A stretch of 64,000 nt of DNA. Origin: an uncultured Verrucomicrobiae bacterium. Lineage in GTDB: Bacteria > Verrucomicrobiota > Verrucomicrobiia > Chthoniobacterales > UBA10450. The notes beneath the pieces are model-generated. The model did not search any database, was not told the DNA's origin, and was given only the letters and a program-made list of their open reading frames with translations. The stretch lies in the NCBI GenBank assembly GCA_963772365.1, contig CAVYXA010000001.1, forward strand, positions 1,280,001 through 1,344,000. The letters are read 5' to 3'. Below are positions 51,990-61,555 of this stretch, in pieces; the stretch's first letter is position 1, and each line of letters starts with the position of its first letter. The position numbers and the translations under genes are program-made.

Positions 51990-52442
51990 TCACGACAGTT
52001 GGCGCGACACTTCCGCGCTTAGCGTTTTCCCATCGGCTCGTCCGGCCACTTTCGCCTGCAACGCTTTCATGACCGCGCCCATTTGTGCTTTCGATGTTGC
52101 TCCAACTTCGGCAATTGTTTCGCGCACTGCTTTGGACAGCTCATCAGCGCTCATCGCCTGTGGCAGATAAGAATTCAGGATCGACAATTCTTCTTTCTCC
52201 TTCGCAGCCAGTTCGGGCCGCCCGCCTTTTTCAAAGCTCTCGATGGAATCCTGTCGCTGCTTGGCTTGTTTGCGAACCACCTGGGTTACCTCAGTATCGT
52301 TCAACTGACCTTCGGCTCCGGACTTCTCGATTGCCGCATTCTTCATCGCCGCTTTCAGCATCCGTAAAACGCCAAGCCTCGTCGCCTCCCTGGACCGCAT
52401 CGCCTCTTTCAAATCCGAATCTACGCGTTCAACGATCGTCAT
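51990..52442 (-). CDS. GatB/YqeY domain protein
   Basis: DLKEAMR..RLGVLRMLKAA, KQRQDSIE.F..GGR.ELA.KE, YLPQ, MGAVM. Confidence 0.93.
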   Translation of the reverse strand: MTIVERVDSDLKEAMRSREATRLGVLRMLKAAMKNAAIEKSGAEGQLNDTEVTQVVRKQAKQRQDSIESFEKGGRPELAAKEKEELSILNSYLPQAMSADELSKAVRETIAEVGATSKAQMGAVMKALQAKVAGRADGKTLSAEVSRQLS

Positions 52443-52452
52443 GGCGCAAAGA

Positions 52453-52478
52453 TTGTAGCGGCGGTCTGTGACCGTCGC
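52453..52478. repeat. GTAG-type REP-like single arm
   Basis: ttGTAGcggcggtctgtgaccgtcgc, near-identical to 23499-23521. Confidence 0.75.
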
Positions 52479-52503
52479 AAACTACGGCTCCTAACTTAAC
52501 CGC

Positions 52504-53440
52504 TCACAAGGCGGCGAGCTGCTCGGCGCATCTTCGCACCGATTCCGCGTCGGTCACCGAAACAACATCCATGTCTTTTCGTGTACGCCTGAGCAATCCG
52601 GCGAGCACGCCGCCCGGGCCGAGTTCTATGAAAAAATCGCAGCCGAGTTGAACGAGGCGCTCCATGCAATCGGTCCAACGAACAGGTCCTCGTAATCTGG
52701 TCCTGCAATGTCCGGTGGATTTCCGGCAGCGTTTTGACCTCTTCGCCAGTTACATTGCTGATCACCAGAAATTGCGGCAATTGCATTTGAACGTCGAGAA
52801 GCGCCGAGCCGAATTTTTGATAGGCTTTTTCCATGAGGCGCGAATGATAGGCGCCGGCAACGTTGAGCATCGTTGCGCGACGCACGCCATATTTTTTCGC
52901 GACCCCGACAGCCGCTTCTACCTTGGCCAATTCACCCGAAATCACGATCTGCCCCGGCGCGTTGATGTTCGCAACATCGACATCTTCATCCGCCGCGAGA
53001 CGCCTGACATCGTTCTCCGCGCCGCCGATCAGCGCCGCCATTCCTCCCCGCGTCTCCTGACAGGCTTTGTCCATCAATTCGCCACGAGTCTGCACGAGCT
53101 TCAGGCCACTGGCGAAATCGAAGGTGCCTGCGGCAGCATGCGCAGTAAGTTCGCCCAGCGATAAACCGGCCGCGCCACCAATCGAAAGATCACCCGTTAA
53201 TTCGCGCAGCACTTCGAGGCAGGCGAGGCCATGAACGTAAAGAGCTGGCTGACAATTCGACGTTTTCGTCAATTCCTCGATAGGACCATTCCAGGCGATG
53301 TCGGTCAGTTTGCGTTCCAGAATTTCATCCGCCTGTCGAAACAATGCACCTGCCGTGGCGAATTGTTCCGCAAGATCGCGACCCATACCGACGGTCTGCG
53401 CGCCCTGACCGGCAAACAGCAATGCAACTTTCTTTGGCAT
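52504..53440 (-). CDS. fabD: Malonyl-CoA-ACP transacylase, one frameshift near 52690
   Basis: FAGQGAQ, GLSLGE, NAPGQIVISG, VAGAYHS; the shifted frame continues PVRWTDCM..ELGPGGVL to a stop at 52504. Confidence 0.93.
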
Positions 53441-53542
53441 GACACTTTGTAAACGTGTTTCAGGCCGATCGCGAGTCGGGAATTAGTAAAAGTGCTTGCG
53501 CGCAAGAGTCCACTCGCCAGCGTAAAAGGAACTGTCGATTTT

Positions 53543-54799
53543 ATGCCTTTCACTGTGCGCGAAATTGAATCGCCCGATCCCGTAACGCGCGTGGTCGCGG
53601 CAGACGCGAAGTTGCACGAAGCAGATCAGGACATTGGCGAGAAGATGGTTCTCAACATGGGACCATCGCATCCGGCAACTCACGGCGTGCTGCGACTCGT
53701 GCTGGAGCTCGATGGCGAAATCATTGTCAAAGCGGAACCGGATGTAGGCTTTTTGCATCGCGGCGATGAGAAGATCGCCGAGAACATGCAATACAATCAG
53801 TTCGTGCCTTACACGGACCGGCTCGATTATCTTGCCCCGCTCTCGAACAATGTCGCTTACGCGCTGGCGGTGGAAAAATTGATGGGCTGGGACGTCCCGC
53901 CTCGAGGCAAGACCATTCGAACAATTTGCTGCGAAACTTCGCGGATCTCGTCGCATTTGCTGGGGCTCGGTTCGATGGCGCTCGATCTCGGCGCCATGAC
54001 CGTGTTTCTCTACACTTTCAAAGAACGGGAAAAACTTTACGATCTCTTCGAGCTATTGACCGGCGCGCGTTTCACGACTTCCTATACGCGCGTTGGTGGC
54101 CAAATTCGCGACTTGCCGGACACATTTATTCCGCGGCTCAAAAAATTTCTCGATGATTTCCCTCCGAGCCTGGACGAGTGCGATAATTTGCTGACGCGGA
54201 ACAAGATTTTTGTCGATCGTACCAAAGACATTGGAGTCATTCCTAAAGATCGGGCAATCGCTTACGCTTTGTCTGGACCGAACTTGCGAGGAAGCGGAAT
54301 CGAACACGACCTGCGGCGCAAACATCCGTATCTGGATTACGAGCATTACGACTTCGATGTCGTGATTGGCAGCGCGGGAGATTGCTATGATCGTTACCTG
54401 GTGCGCATCGAAGAGATGCGTCAGAGCATCCGCATTTTGCGGCAGGCAATCGAGAAACTACCGAGTGGCCCCATCAATCTGTCTGATTGGAAGAACATGA
54501 CGCCGCCGAAATCGCACACGATGACCAAAATGGAGGAGCTGATTCATCATTTCATTGTCGTGACCGAAGGACTCGATTCGCCGCCGGGGGAAGTTTATTT
54601 CGCGGCGGAAAATCCAAAAGGGGAGCTGGGTTTTTACATCAACAGCAAAGGCGGCGGAGTTCCGCATCGCCTGAAGATCCGGGCGCCGTCATTTGTGAAC
54701 CTGAGCATTCTGCCGGAGCTATTGCCCGGCTGCATGGTGAGCGACATACCAGCCGTGCTAGGCAGTCTGGACTTCGTGATGGGCGAATGCGACAGATGA
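53543..54799 (+). CDS. nuoD: NADH-quinone oxidoreductase subunit D
   Basis: NMGPSHPATHGVLR, GFLHRGDEK, DRLDY, ENPKGELG, DFVMGECDR. Confidence 0.96.
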   Translation: MPFTVREIESPDPVTRVVAADAKLHEADQDIGEKMVLNMGPSHPATHGVLRLVLELDGEIIVKAEPDVGFLHRGDEKIAENMQYNQFVPYTDRLDYLAPLSNNVAYALAVEKLMGWDVPPRGKTIRTICCETSRISSHLLGLGSMALDLGAMTVFLYTFKEREKLYDLFELLTGARFTTSYTRVGGQIRDLPDTFIPRLKKFLDDFPPSLDECDNLLTRNKIFVDRTKDIGVIPKDRAIAYALSGPNLRGSGIEHDLRRKHPYLDYEHYDFDVVIGSAGDCYDRYLVRIEEMRQSIRILRQAIEKLPSGPINLSDWKNMTPPKSHTMTKMEELIHHFIVVTEGLDSPPGEVYFAAENPKGELGFYINSKGGGVPHRLKIRAPSFVNLSILPELLPGCMVSDIPAVLGSLDFVMGECDR

Positions 54800-54828
54800 T
54801 TTGGGTTCGTGATTGGATAAATCGTTAC

Positions 54829-55128
54829 ATGGTTAAATCGAGAATTCGTTTCAGTGTTCCAGCGCGGGCTTTCGTACTCCTGCTCATGATCGTGCTCGGA
54901 ATTTCGTGTTCCAATAACAGGTTGCGTAAGGCCAATGTCGATGAAGTGACCGAGGGAATGTCGAAGAAGCAGGTCGAATCGATTCTTGGCCCACCCAGCG
55001 ACGTGGATAATACGGACTTCGTTCTTTCGAAAAAGATGACTTACGTTTACCGCCAGGATAACGGCACGGTGACGATCGTATTTAAAGACGACAAGGTTAC
55101 CGATAAATACAGCACCCTGCCCCGCTGA
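54829..55128 (+). CDS. Small lipoprotein, SmpA/OmlA-like; start uncertain (54796 or 54829)
   Basis: Lipobox-like LGISC, then GMSKKQVESILGPP..YVY..IVF.DDKV. Confidence 0.7.
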   Translation: MVKSRIRFSVPARAFVLLLMIVLGISCSNNRLRKANVDEVTEGMSKKQVESILGPPSDVDNTDFVLSKKMTYVYRQDNGTVTIVFKDDKVTDKYSTLPR

Positions 55129-55136
55129 TTTCTCTA

Positions 55137-57119
55137 GTGAACTCGACGAGCACAAATGTTCCCGCCGAGTTAGAGCGGCAGATGGATGAGGCGATCGCCC
55201 GTTATCCGGAAGATCGACAACGGAGTGCGGCCATGCCGCTGCTTCATCTTTGGCAGGAGAATTTCGGATTCATTAACGGCGAAGCGGTCACGTGGATCGC
55301 GGCCAAGCTCGGTCTTCAGCCGATCAATATTCTGGAGCTGGTCTCGTTTTATCCGATGTTCCGCACAGCGCCGGCTGGCCGAACCCATATTCGGGTTTGC
55401 CGGACGCTGAGCTGTGCAATGGCGGGCGCGTATCAGGTGATGGAAAATCTGTGCGGGGCCACCCACATTCAGCGCAATGTCGATCGCGAAGGAATGCACA
55501 ATCCGATCTCGGTAAGCCCGAACGGACATTACAGCATTGAGTTTGTGGAATGCCTGGCCAGTTGCGGCACTGCTCCGGTTTGCATGGTTAACGAGCAACT
55601 GCACGAGGGTGTGCAACCGAGCTTCGCGTCAAATATTCTGACCGGCCCCCCGATATTGCTCTATGTGAATCCGTCGCATCCGCTCGAGCATCGCCTCGTT
55701 TTCAAAAATATCGGGAACCAGGATTGGACGACCGACATTGATTGTTATTTGCGCAACGGTGGCTACGAAGACTTGCGCAAAGCTGTCACGATGTCGCGGG
55801 AGCAAATCGTGAATGAGATCAAAACATCCGGACTTCGTGGCCGCGGTGGAGCCGGATTTCCGTGCGGAGTAAAATGGGGGTTCATCAAGCCGAACGAGAA
55901 GCGACCGGTTTATCTGATCTGTAATGCGGATGAATCGGAGCCCGGCACGTTTAAAGATCGCTACATCATTCACGAGGATCCGCATCAACTGCTCGAAGGA
56001 ATTCTGATCTCATGCTTCGCCCTAAACGCGCGAACAGCCTATATTTACATTCGAGGCGAGTTTCCCGAAGGCGCGAAGATTCTCGAACGCGCCATCGAGG
56101 AAGCGCGGGCGCATAATTTTTTAGGCGAAGATATTCTCGGGACCGGGTTCGATGTCGAGGTTTACATTCACCGAGGCGCAGGCGCTTACATCTGTGGCGA
56201 GGAAACGGGCTTGATCGAATCGCTCGAAGGCAAGCGGGGTTATCCACGAATCAAGCCGCCCTATTTTCCGGCGGTGCTCGGTCTCTATATGTGCCCCACG
56301 ATCGTGAACAATGTCGAAACGCTCTGCCATGTGAAACAGATCATCGCCATGGGCGGCGCGAAGTATGCGCGACTCGGACGGCCTAACAATACTGGAACGC
56401 GCATCGTTTGCGTGAGCGGCGATGTCCAGCGACCGGGATATTTTGAAATCGAAGTAGGCGCGGTCACAATGGGCCAGCTGATCTACGATTTGGCTGGCGG
56501 TATGAGATTTGGCCGCACGCTCAAAGCCGTCATTCCCGGTGGGACATCGGCTAAAGTTTTGCGCGCCGATGAGCGGTTCAAGCTCAAGGAGAAACAGCCC
56601 GATGGATCGACAATCGAGCGGGAAATGTCGATCGACGAACTCCCATTGGATTTTGATTCGCTAGCCGCCGCCGGATCCATGGCTGGTTCCGGAGGAGTGA
56701 TCGTGCTCGACGATTCACGCGACATGGTCTGGGCGCTCAACAATATCAACGAATTTTATGCTCACGAATCGTGTGGTCAGTGCACTCCCTGTCGCGAAGG
56801 TTCGCTTTGGATGAAGAAAATTACCGACCGGATGCTGCTAGGAGGCGGCGTAACGCAGGATCCACAGACGTTAAAGACAATCGGCGATAACATCGCCGGA
56901 CGTACCATCTGCGCGTTCGGCGAAGCTTGCGCCTGGCCGACCCAAAGTTTCGTCCAGAAATTCCCGGAGGAATTCGCCGCTCACGCGCAGAAAGCTTCGC
57001 CGCCGCCACTGCCGCCTGAGATCACACCGGAAGAATTGATCGAGAAAGAAAAAATTCCCACTGTTCCCATGGCACGCGATCCGGGCTGGGAAAAAGCCGG
57101 CGCCGCAGGAACGATTTAG
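55137..57119 (+). CDS. nuoEF: Fused NADH-quinone oxidoreductase subunits E and F
   Basis: NuoE: VSFYPMF, VCRTLSC, ECLASCGTAP; NuoF: LRGRGGAGF, NADESEPGTFKD, GAYICGEET, HESCGQCTPCREG. Confidence 0.93.
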   Translation: MNSTSTNVPAELERQMDEAIARYPEDRQRSAAMPLLHLWQENFGFINGEAVTWIAAKLGLQPINILELVSFYPMFRTAPAGRTHIRVCRTLSCAMAGAYQVMENLCGATHIQRNVDREGMHNPISVSPNGHYSIEFVECLASCGTAPVCMVNEQLHEGVQPSFASNILTGPPILLYVNPSHPLEHRLVFKNIGNQDWTTDIDCYLRNGGYEDLRKAVTMSREQIVNEIKTSGLRGRGGAGFPCGVKWGFIKPNEKRPVYLICNADESEPGTFKDRYIIHEDPHQLLEGILISCFALNARTAYIYIRGEFPEGAKILERAIEEARAHNFLGEDILGTGFDVEVYIHRGAGAYICGEETGLIESLEGKRGYPRIKPPYFPAVLGLYMCPTIVNNVETLCHVKQIIAMGGAKYARLGRPNNTGTRIVCVSGDVQRPGYFEIEVGAVTMGQLIYDLAGGMRFGRTLKAVIPGGTSAKVLRADERFKLKEKQPDGSTIEREMSIDELPLDFDSLAAAGSMAGSGGVIVLDDSRDMVWALNNINEFYAHESCGQCTPCREGSLWMKKITDRMLLGGGVTQDPQTLKTIGDNIAGRTICAFGEACAWPTQSFVQKFPEEFAAHAQKASPPPLPPEITPEELIEKEKIPTVPMARDPGWEKAGAAGTI

Positions 57120-57591
57120 AATGAATCAGGAAAGCAGGAAAGCAGGAAGATTACGAGACAAGGAACTGACGGATAGAATCATTGCCGCCGCTATTCGTGT
57201 TCATCGCGAATTGGGACCCGGCTTTCTCGAAGCCATCTATGAAGAAGCACTTGCCGTCGAATTCGCTTTGACTGGAATTCAGTTCATTCGGCAAAAACCA
57301 ATACCGCTATTCTATCGGGACCACCAAAATCGGCGAACACCGGCTGGATTTTCTTGTCGAGGACAAGATCGTGGTCGAATTGAAGGCAATCAGTGCTCTC
57401 GACGACATTCATTTTGCAATTGGCCGCAGTTATTTGAAAGCGGCAAATCTTCAAGATGGGCTTCTTCTGAATTTTGCGACCGCTCCTTTAATGATCAAAC
57501 GCTTTTGTCGTGAGCGTCCACTTCAAGATGAGGATGTCGATCTTGTTCTGTAATCCCAACCTTTCCTGTTTTCCTGCTTTCCTCATTCATT
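57120..57591 (+). mobile_element. IR-bounded GxxExxY element (8-nt CAGGAAAG arms)
   Basis: 57120-57147 matches the reverse complement of 57564-57591 at 26/28 nt. Confidence 0.65.
57121..57553 (+). CDS. GxxExxY protein, one frameshift in an A-run near 57326
   Basis: VHRELGPGFLEAIYE; second frame HRLDFLVEDKIVVELKA..SYLKA..GLLLNF. Confidence 0.9.
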
Positions 57592-57592
57592 A

Positions 57593-59314
57593 ATGTCCTC
57601 CGAAGCTTCAGTTCCAATTTTCAACGTCCAGATCAATGGCGTCTGGCATCAATTCCCCAAAGGCACGCGAGTGATCGAAGCTTGTGCGCAAGCCGGCGTG
57701 TTTGTGCCGCGATATTGCTATCACAAGAAACTGAGTTCGCCGGGTAATTGCCGGATGTGTCTGATTGAAATGGGCATGCCCAGGATGGGCCCGGATCGCA
57801 AGCCCGAGCTCGGCCCCGACGGAAAACCGGTGGTTAACTGGATGCCGCGTCCGCAAATTTCCTGTGCGCAGGAAGTTTCCGATGGCATGGGAGTGCGGAC
57901 CGATTCGCCGCTGGTCAAGGAATGCCAGCGCGGGGTGATGGAGTTTCTCCTCATCAATCATCCGCTCGATTGTCCGATCTGCGATCAGGCCGGCGAATGT
58001 GAATTGCAGGAGTTCAGCGTGGAATTCGGCAACTCCCAATCGCGTTTTCTCGAGAACAAAGTTAAGAAGCCAAAGAACGTAGAGCTGGGACCAAGAGTCA
58101 CGCTCGACGACGAACGCTGCATTCTGTGCTCTCGTTGCATTCGTTTCTGCCAGGAAATTGCGCATGACGACGTGCTTGGATTTGTCGATCGTGGGAGTCA
58201 CACCGTTCTCACTGCTCATCCGGGCAAGCGTCTCGAGAATAATTATTCACTGAACACAGTCGACATCTGTCCCGTCGGCGCGCTGACTTCGAGCGATTTT
58301 CGATTTAAGATGCGAGTTTGGTTTTTGAAAGAAACGAAGAGCATCTGCACGAGCTGCGCGACTGGCTGCAATACGATCATCGGCTCACGCGAAGATGTGA
58401 TTTATCGCCAGACCCCGCGCGAGAATGACGCAGTCAACTCCTGCTGGATGTGCGATTACGGACGGCTCAACTTCGATTATCTCGAATCGGAAAACAGATT
58501 GCTGGAGCCGCGCATCCGCGTGGGAGAGAAGTTTCACCCAACCGATTGGAACAATGCAATTACCCAGACTGCATTTCTGTTGCGTCAATTCTCGGGATGG
58601 GAAATTGGGATTCTGGCTTCGGGACGAATGACGAATGAAGAGCTTTGGTTGACCTCGCAACTGGCCCGCATACTGGGGGTTCAGTTGATCGACATCGTCC
58701 CGCGGAACGGTCCCGGAGACGATATTCTTCTGAGCGAAGATCGAAATCCGAACACGAACGGCGCGCGCCTTCTCGGGGTCACGTCAAATCCGGGCACGAA
58801 CCTGCCGATGATCATTGATGCGGTAAATTCCGGACGCGTCCAAGCATTGATCTCGCTCGGAGAAAATCCGATTGCTGCCGGAATCCCGGCCGAAAAATTG
58901 TCGATCCTGCCGGCATATGTGGTGATGGACCTTCTAGGAAATGCGGTAACAGATCACGCGACAGTTGTGCTTCCATCATGCGGCTTTGCTGAAAAGCGCG
59001 GCTCGATGGTCAACGGCAAGGGTCGTCTGCAGCGACTGAATCGCGCGGTCCGGCCGCCGGGTCAGGCGCGCGATGATTGGGAAATTCTGCGCGATTTGCT
59101 CCAGGCGCTCGGCAGCAGCAACGGCCTGTATTCCATCGACGACGTCTTCGCGCAAATGAGCCAATGGGTTCCGCAGTTCACGGGGCTGAGCCTGAGCAAA
59201 ATTGGCGACCTAGGCGTGCAAGTTATGGAAGCGCACGAATCGCCTCCCCCGCCCATCGATCCTGCCGCCAAAGACATCGAAGAAGCAGACTCCAAGAGAC
59301 CGACGGGTCGCTAG
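57593..59314 (+). CDS. nuoG: NADH-quinone oxidoreductase subunit G (short form)
   Basis: PRYCYH..GNCRMCL, NHPLDCPICDQAGECELQ, RCILCSRCIRFC, CTSCATGC. Confidence 0.93.
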   Translation: MSSEASVPIFNVQINGVWHQFPKGTRVIEACAQAGVFVPRYCYHKKLSSPGNCRMCLIEMGMPRMGPDRKPELGPDGKPVVNWMPRPQISCAQEVSDGMGVRTDSPLVKECQRGVMEFLLINHPLDCPICDQAGECELQEFSVEFGNSQSRFLENKVKKPKNVELGPRVTLDDERCILCSRCIRFCQEIAHDDVLGFVDRGSHTVLTAHPGKRLENNYSLNTVDICPVGALTSSDFRFKMRVWFLKETKSICTSCATGCNTIIGSREDVIYRQTPRENDAVNSCWMCDYGRLNFDYLESENRLLEPRIRVGEKFHPTDWNNAITQTAFLLRQFSGWEIGILASGRMTNEELWLTSQLARILGVQLIDIVPRNGPGDDILLSEDRNPNTNGARLLGVTSNPGTNLPMIIDAVNSGRVQALISLGENPIAAGIPAEKLSILPAYVVMDLLGNAVTDHATVVLPSCGFAEKRGSMVNGKGRLQRLNRAVRPPGQARDDWEILRDLLQALGSSNGLYSIDDVFAQMSQWVPQFTGLSLSKIGDLGVQVMEAHESPPPPIDPAAKDIEEADSKRPTGR

Positions 59315-59330
59315 CTCGAAGGCAAAACAA

Positions 59331-60392
59331 ATGGATTGGTTCTTCATCATCGCGTCGCTGCTCAAAATCCTCGGGATTCTGTTTATCGTCATCCTGCCGA
59401 TGGTTTCCTACAGCGTTTATGCCGAGCGAAGGATAAGCGCGTTCATCCAGGATCGGATCGGGCCAAATCGCGTCGGACCGGCCGGTCTGCTTCAGCCGAT
59501 TGCCGACATGTTCAAACTTCTGCTCAAAGAAGACTTCACGCCGCGCAGTGTAAACACCTTCTACTACTGGCTAGCACCGGCACTGGCGATGATGCCGGCA
59601 ATCATTACGATCGCAGTCGTCCCGTTCGGCAGCACATTGTTCGGCGTTCCGATGGTAATCGCGGACGTGAATGTCGGCATTCTATTCGTCTTTGCGATCG
59701 CTTCGTTGGGAGTTTACGGAATTGTCATCGCGGGTTGGGCGTCTAATTCGAAGTATCCCTTCCTCGGCGGAATCCGTTCGAGTTCACAGATGCTATCGTA
59801 TGAGCTCTCTCTCGGCCTCTCCGTGATCCCGATTTTTCTGCTGGTGGGAAGTCTGCGTCTGACCAGCGTCGTGCAGTATCAGATCGATCATGGCTGGTTC
59901 ATTGCACCATTTGTCGGCGACTGGGCCAATCCCTGGAAATGGTTGCTCACAATTCCGATGGTCATCTCGTTCCTGGTTTTCACAATCGCGATGTTCGCGG
60001 AAACGAACCGGTTGCCATTCGATCTTCCCGAAGCCGAACAGGAATTAGCCGGCGGTTATCATACCGAATACAGCTCGATGAAGTTCGCCCTCTTCTTTCT
60101 CGGCGAGTATGCTGCGATGATTACCGGTTCCGCAATTCTGGTGACGCTGTTCTTTGGCGGCTGGTATTTCCCGGGAATCCCGGATGGCTCGCATGGCTGG
60201 ATCTTTGGCTTGCTGAACATCGCGGTTTTCTTTGCCAAAGTGACCGTCGTCTTATTTTTCTTTATCTGGGTCCGCTGGACGTTGCCCCGCTTCCGCTACG
60301 ATCAATTGATGCGGCTCGGCTGGCTTTTCTTTTTCGAAATTGCACTGTCAAATATCTTCATCGCCGCCGCAATCGTGGCTTTTGCTGGATGA
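59331..60392 (+). CDS. nuoH: NADH-quinone oxidoreductase subunit H
   Basis: ERRISAFIQDRIGPNRVG, SNSKY, ETNRLPFDLPEAEQEL, PRFRYDQLM. Confidence 0.97.
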   Translation: MDWFFIIASLLKILGILFIVILPMVSYSVYAERRISAFIQDRIGPNRVGPAGLLQPIADMFKLLLKEDFTPRSVNTFYYWLAPALAMMPAIITIAVVPFGSTLFGVPMVIADVNVGILFVFAIASLGVYGIVIAGWASNSKYPFLGGIRSSSQMLSYELSLGLSVIPIFLLVGSLRLTSVVQYQIDHGWFIAPFVGDWANPWKWLLTIPMVISFLVFTIAMFAETNRLPFDLPEAEQELAGGYHTEYSSMKFALFFLGEYAAMITGSAILVTLFFGGWYFPGIPDGSHGWIFGLLNIAVFFAKVTVVLFFFIWVRWTLPRFRYDQLMRLGWLFFFEIALSNIFIAAAIVAFAG

Positions 60393-60409
60393 GTTCGAGC
60401 TGCCATTCC

Positions 60410-60506
60410 CCTGTCATGTTGAGCGAAGCGAAACATCTCCGTCTATTCTTCTGATGTATCGGAGCAGAAATGAACAGAGATTCATTGCTTCGCTCAGAAT
60501 GACAGG
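60410..60506. repeat. GTCAT...ATGAC REP-like element, copy 5
   Basis: cctgtcatgttgagcgaagcgaaacatctc ... gagattcattgcttcgctcagaatgacagg. Confidence 0.85.
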
Positions 60507-60596
60507 CTAACAAATGCTCCGCCTCGGCGGGCAGCATGCGGTCGCGTTCCACCCCGAGCCAGCTTGAGAATCGACTAATTTACCGGATATTCTCCG

Positions 60597-61547
60597 ATGG
60601 TAAGTGCGGGTATACACTTCGGTGTCGATCTTGCCGAAGAACTGCTGGAACTAAAGCGCGAGCGAAACGCGGTCATTCTTGCGCACAATTACCAGGTGCC
60701 GGAGTTGCAGGACGTCGCGGATTACGTGGGCGATTCGCTCGGGCTCAGTTATCAGGCAGCCAAAACGGACGCCGATGTGATCCTTTTCTGCGGCGTCCAT
60801 TTCATGGCCGAAACGGCGAAGATTATTAATCCCGCTAAGCGCGTTATTCTGCCTGATCTTGATGCCGGCTGTTCCCTTTCGGAGTCCTGCCCTCCGGACA
60901 AACTCGCTGCCTTCTTGAAAGCGAACGCGGACAAAAATTATTACGTCATCGCCTACATCAATTGCAGCGCCGGAGTCAAAGCGCAGGCCGACGTGATTTG
61001 CACCAGCGGGAATGCGGACAAGATCGTCCGCTCCGCTCCGCCGGATCGCAACATTCTGTTCGTGCCCGATCAAAATCTTGGCGCCTGGGTGATGGAACGC
61101 ACCGGGCGCAAGATGGATTTGTGGCAGGGCACTTGTTATGTTCACGTCGAATTCACAGCTCGCAGTATCAACCGGATTCGCGAGCAGTATCCGGAAGCGC
61201 CTGTGGTCGCGCATCCGGAATGCACTTACGCCGTGCGAATGCTCGCGGATGAAGTCTGTTCGACCGAAAAAATGATCGTGTTTTGCAAACAATCGCCCGC
61301 CCGGGAAATTATCGTCGTGACAGAAGCAGGAATGTTACATCGACTCGAAAAGGAAATTCCCGACAAAATCTTCGTTCCCGGCCCCACGGAGAATTGTTTC
61401 TGTGGCGAATGCCGGTTCATGAAAATGAACACTTTGGAAAAAGCGCATGCCGCGCTGCTAAATATGGAGCCGGAAATTGTTTTGCCCGAATCACTGCGCA
61501 AGCGAGCTGAGGCCCCGATTTTGCGAATGCTCGATCTGTCCAAATAA
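60597..61547 (+). CDS. nadA: Quinolinate synthase
   Basis: ILAHNYQ, GDSLGL, CGVHFMAE, AGCSL, YINCSA, AHPEC, CRFMK. Confidence 0.96.
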   Translation: MVSAGIHFGVDLAEELLELKRERNAVILAHNYQVPELQDVADYVGDSLGLSYQAAKTDADVILFCGVHFMAETAKIINPAKRVILPDLDAGCSLSESCPPDKLAAFLKANADKNYYVIAYINCSAGVKAQADVICTSGNADKIVRSAPPDRNILFVPDQNLGAWVMERTGRKMDLWQGTCYVHVEFTARSINRIREQYPEAPVVAHPECTYAVRMLADEVCSTEKMIVFCKQSPAREIIVVTEAGMLHRLEKEIPDKIFVPGPTENCFCGECRFMKMNTLEKAHAALLNMEPEIVLPESLRKRAEAPILRMLDLSK

Positions 61548-61555
61548 GCAATTCG

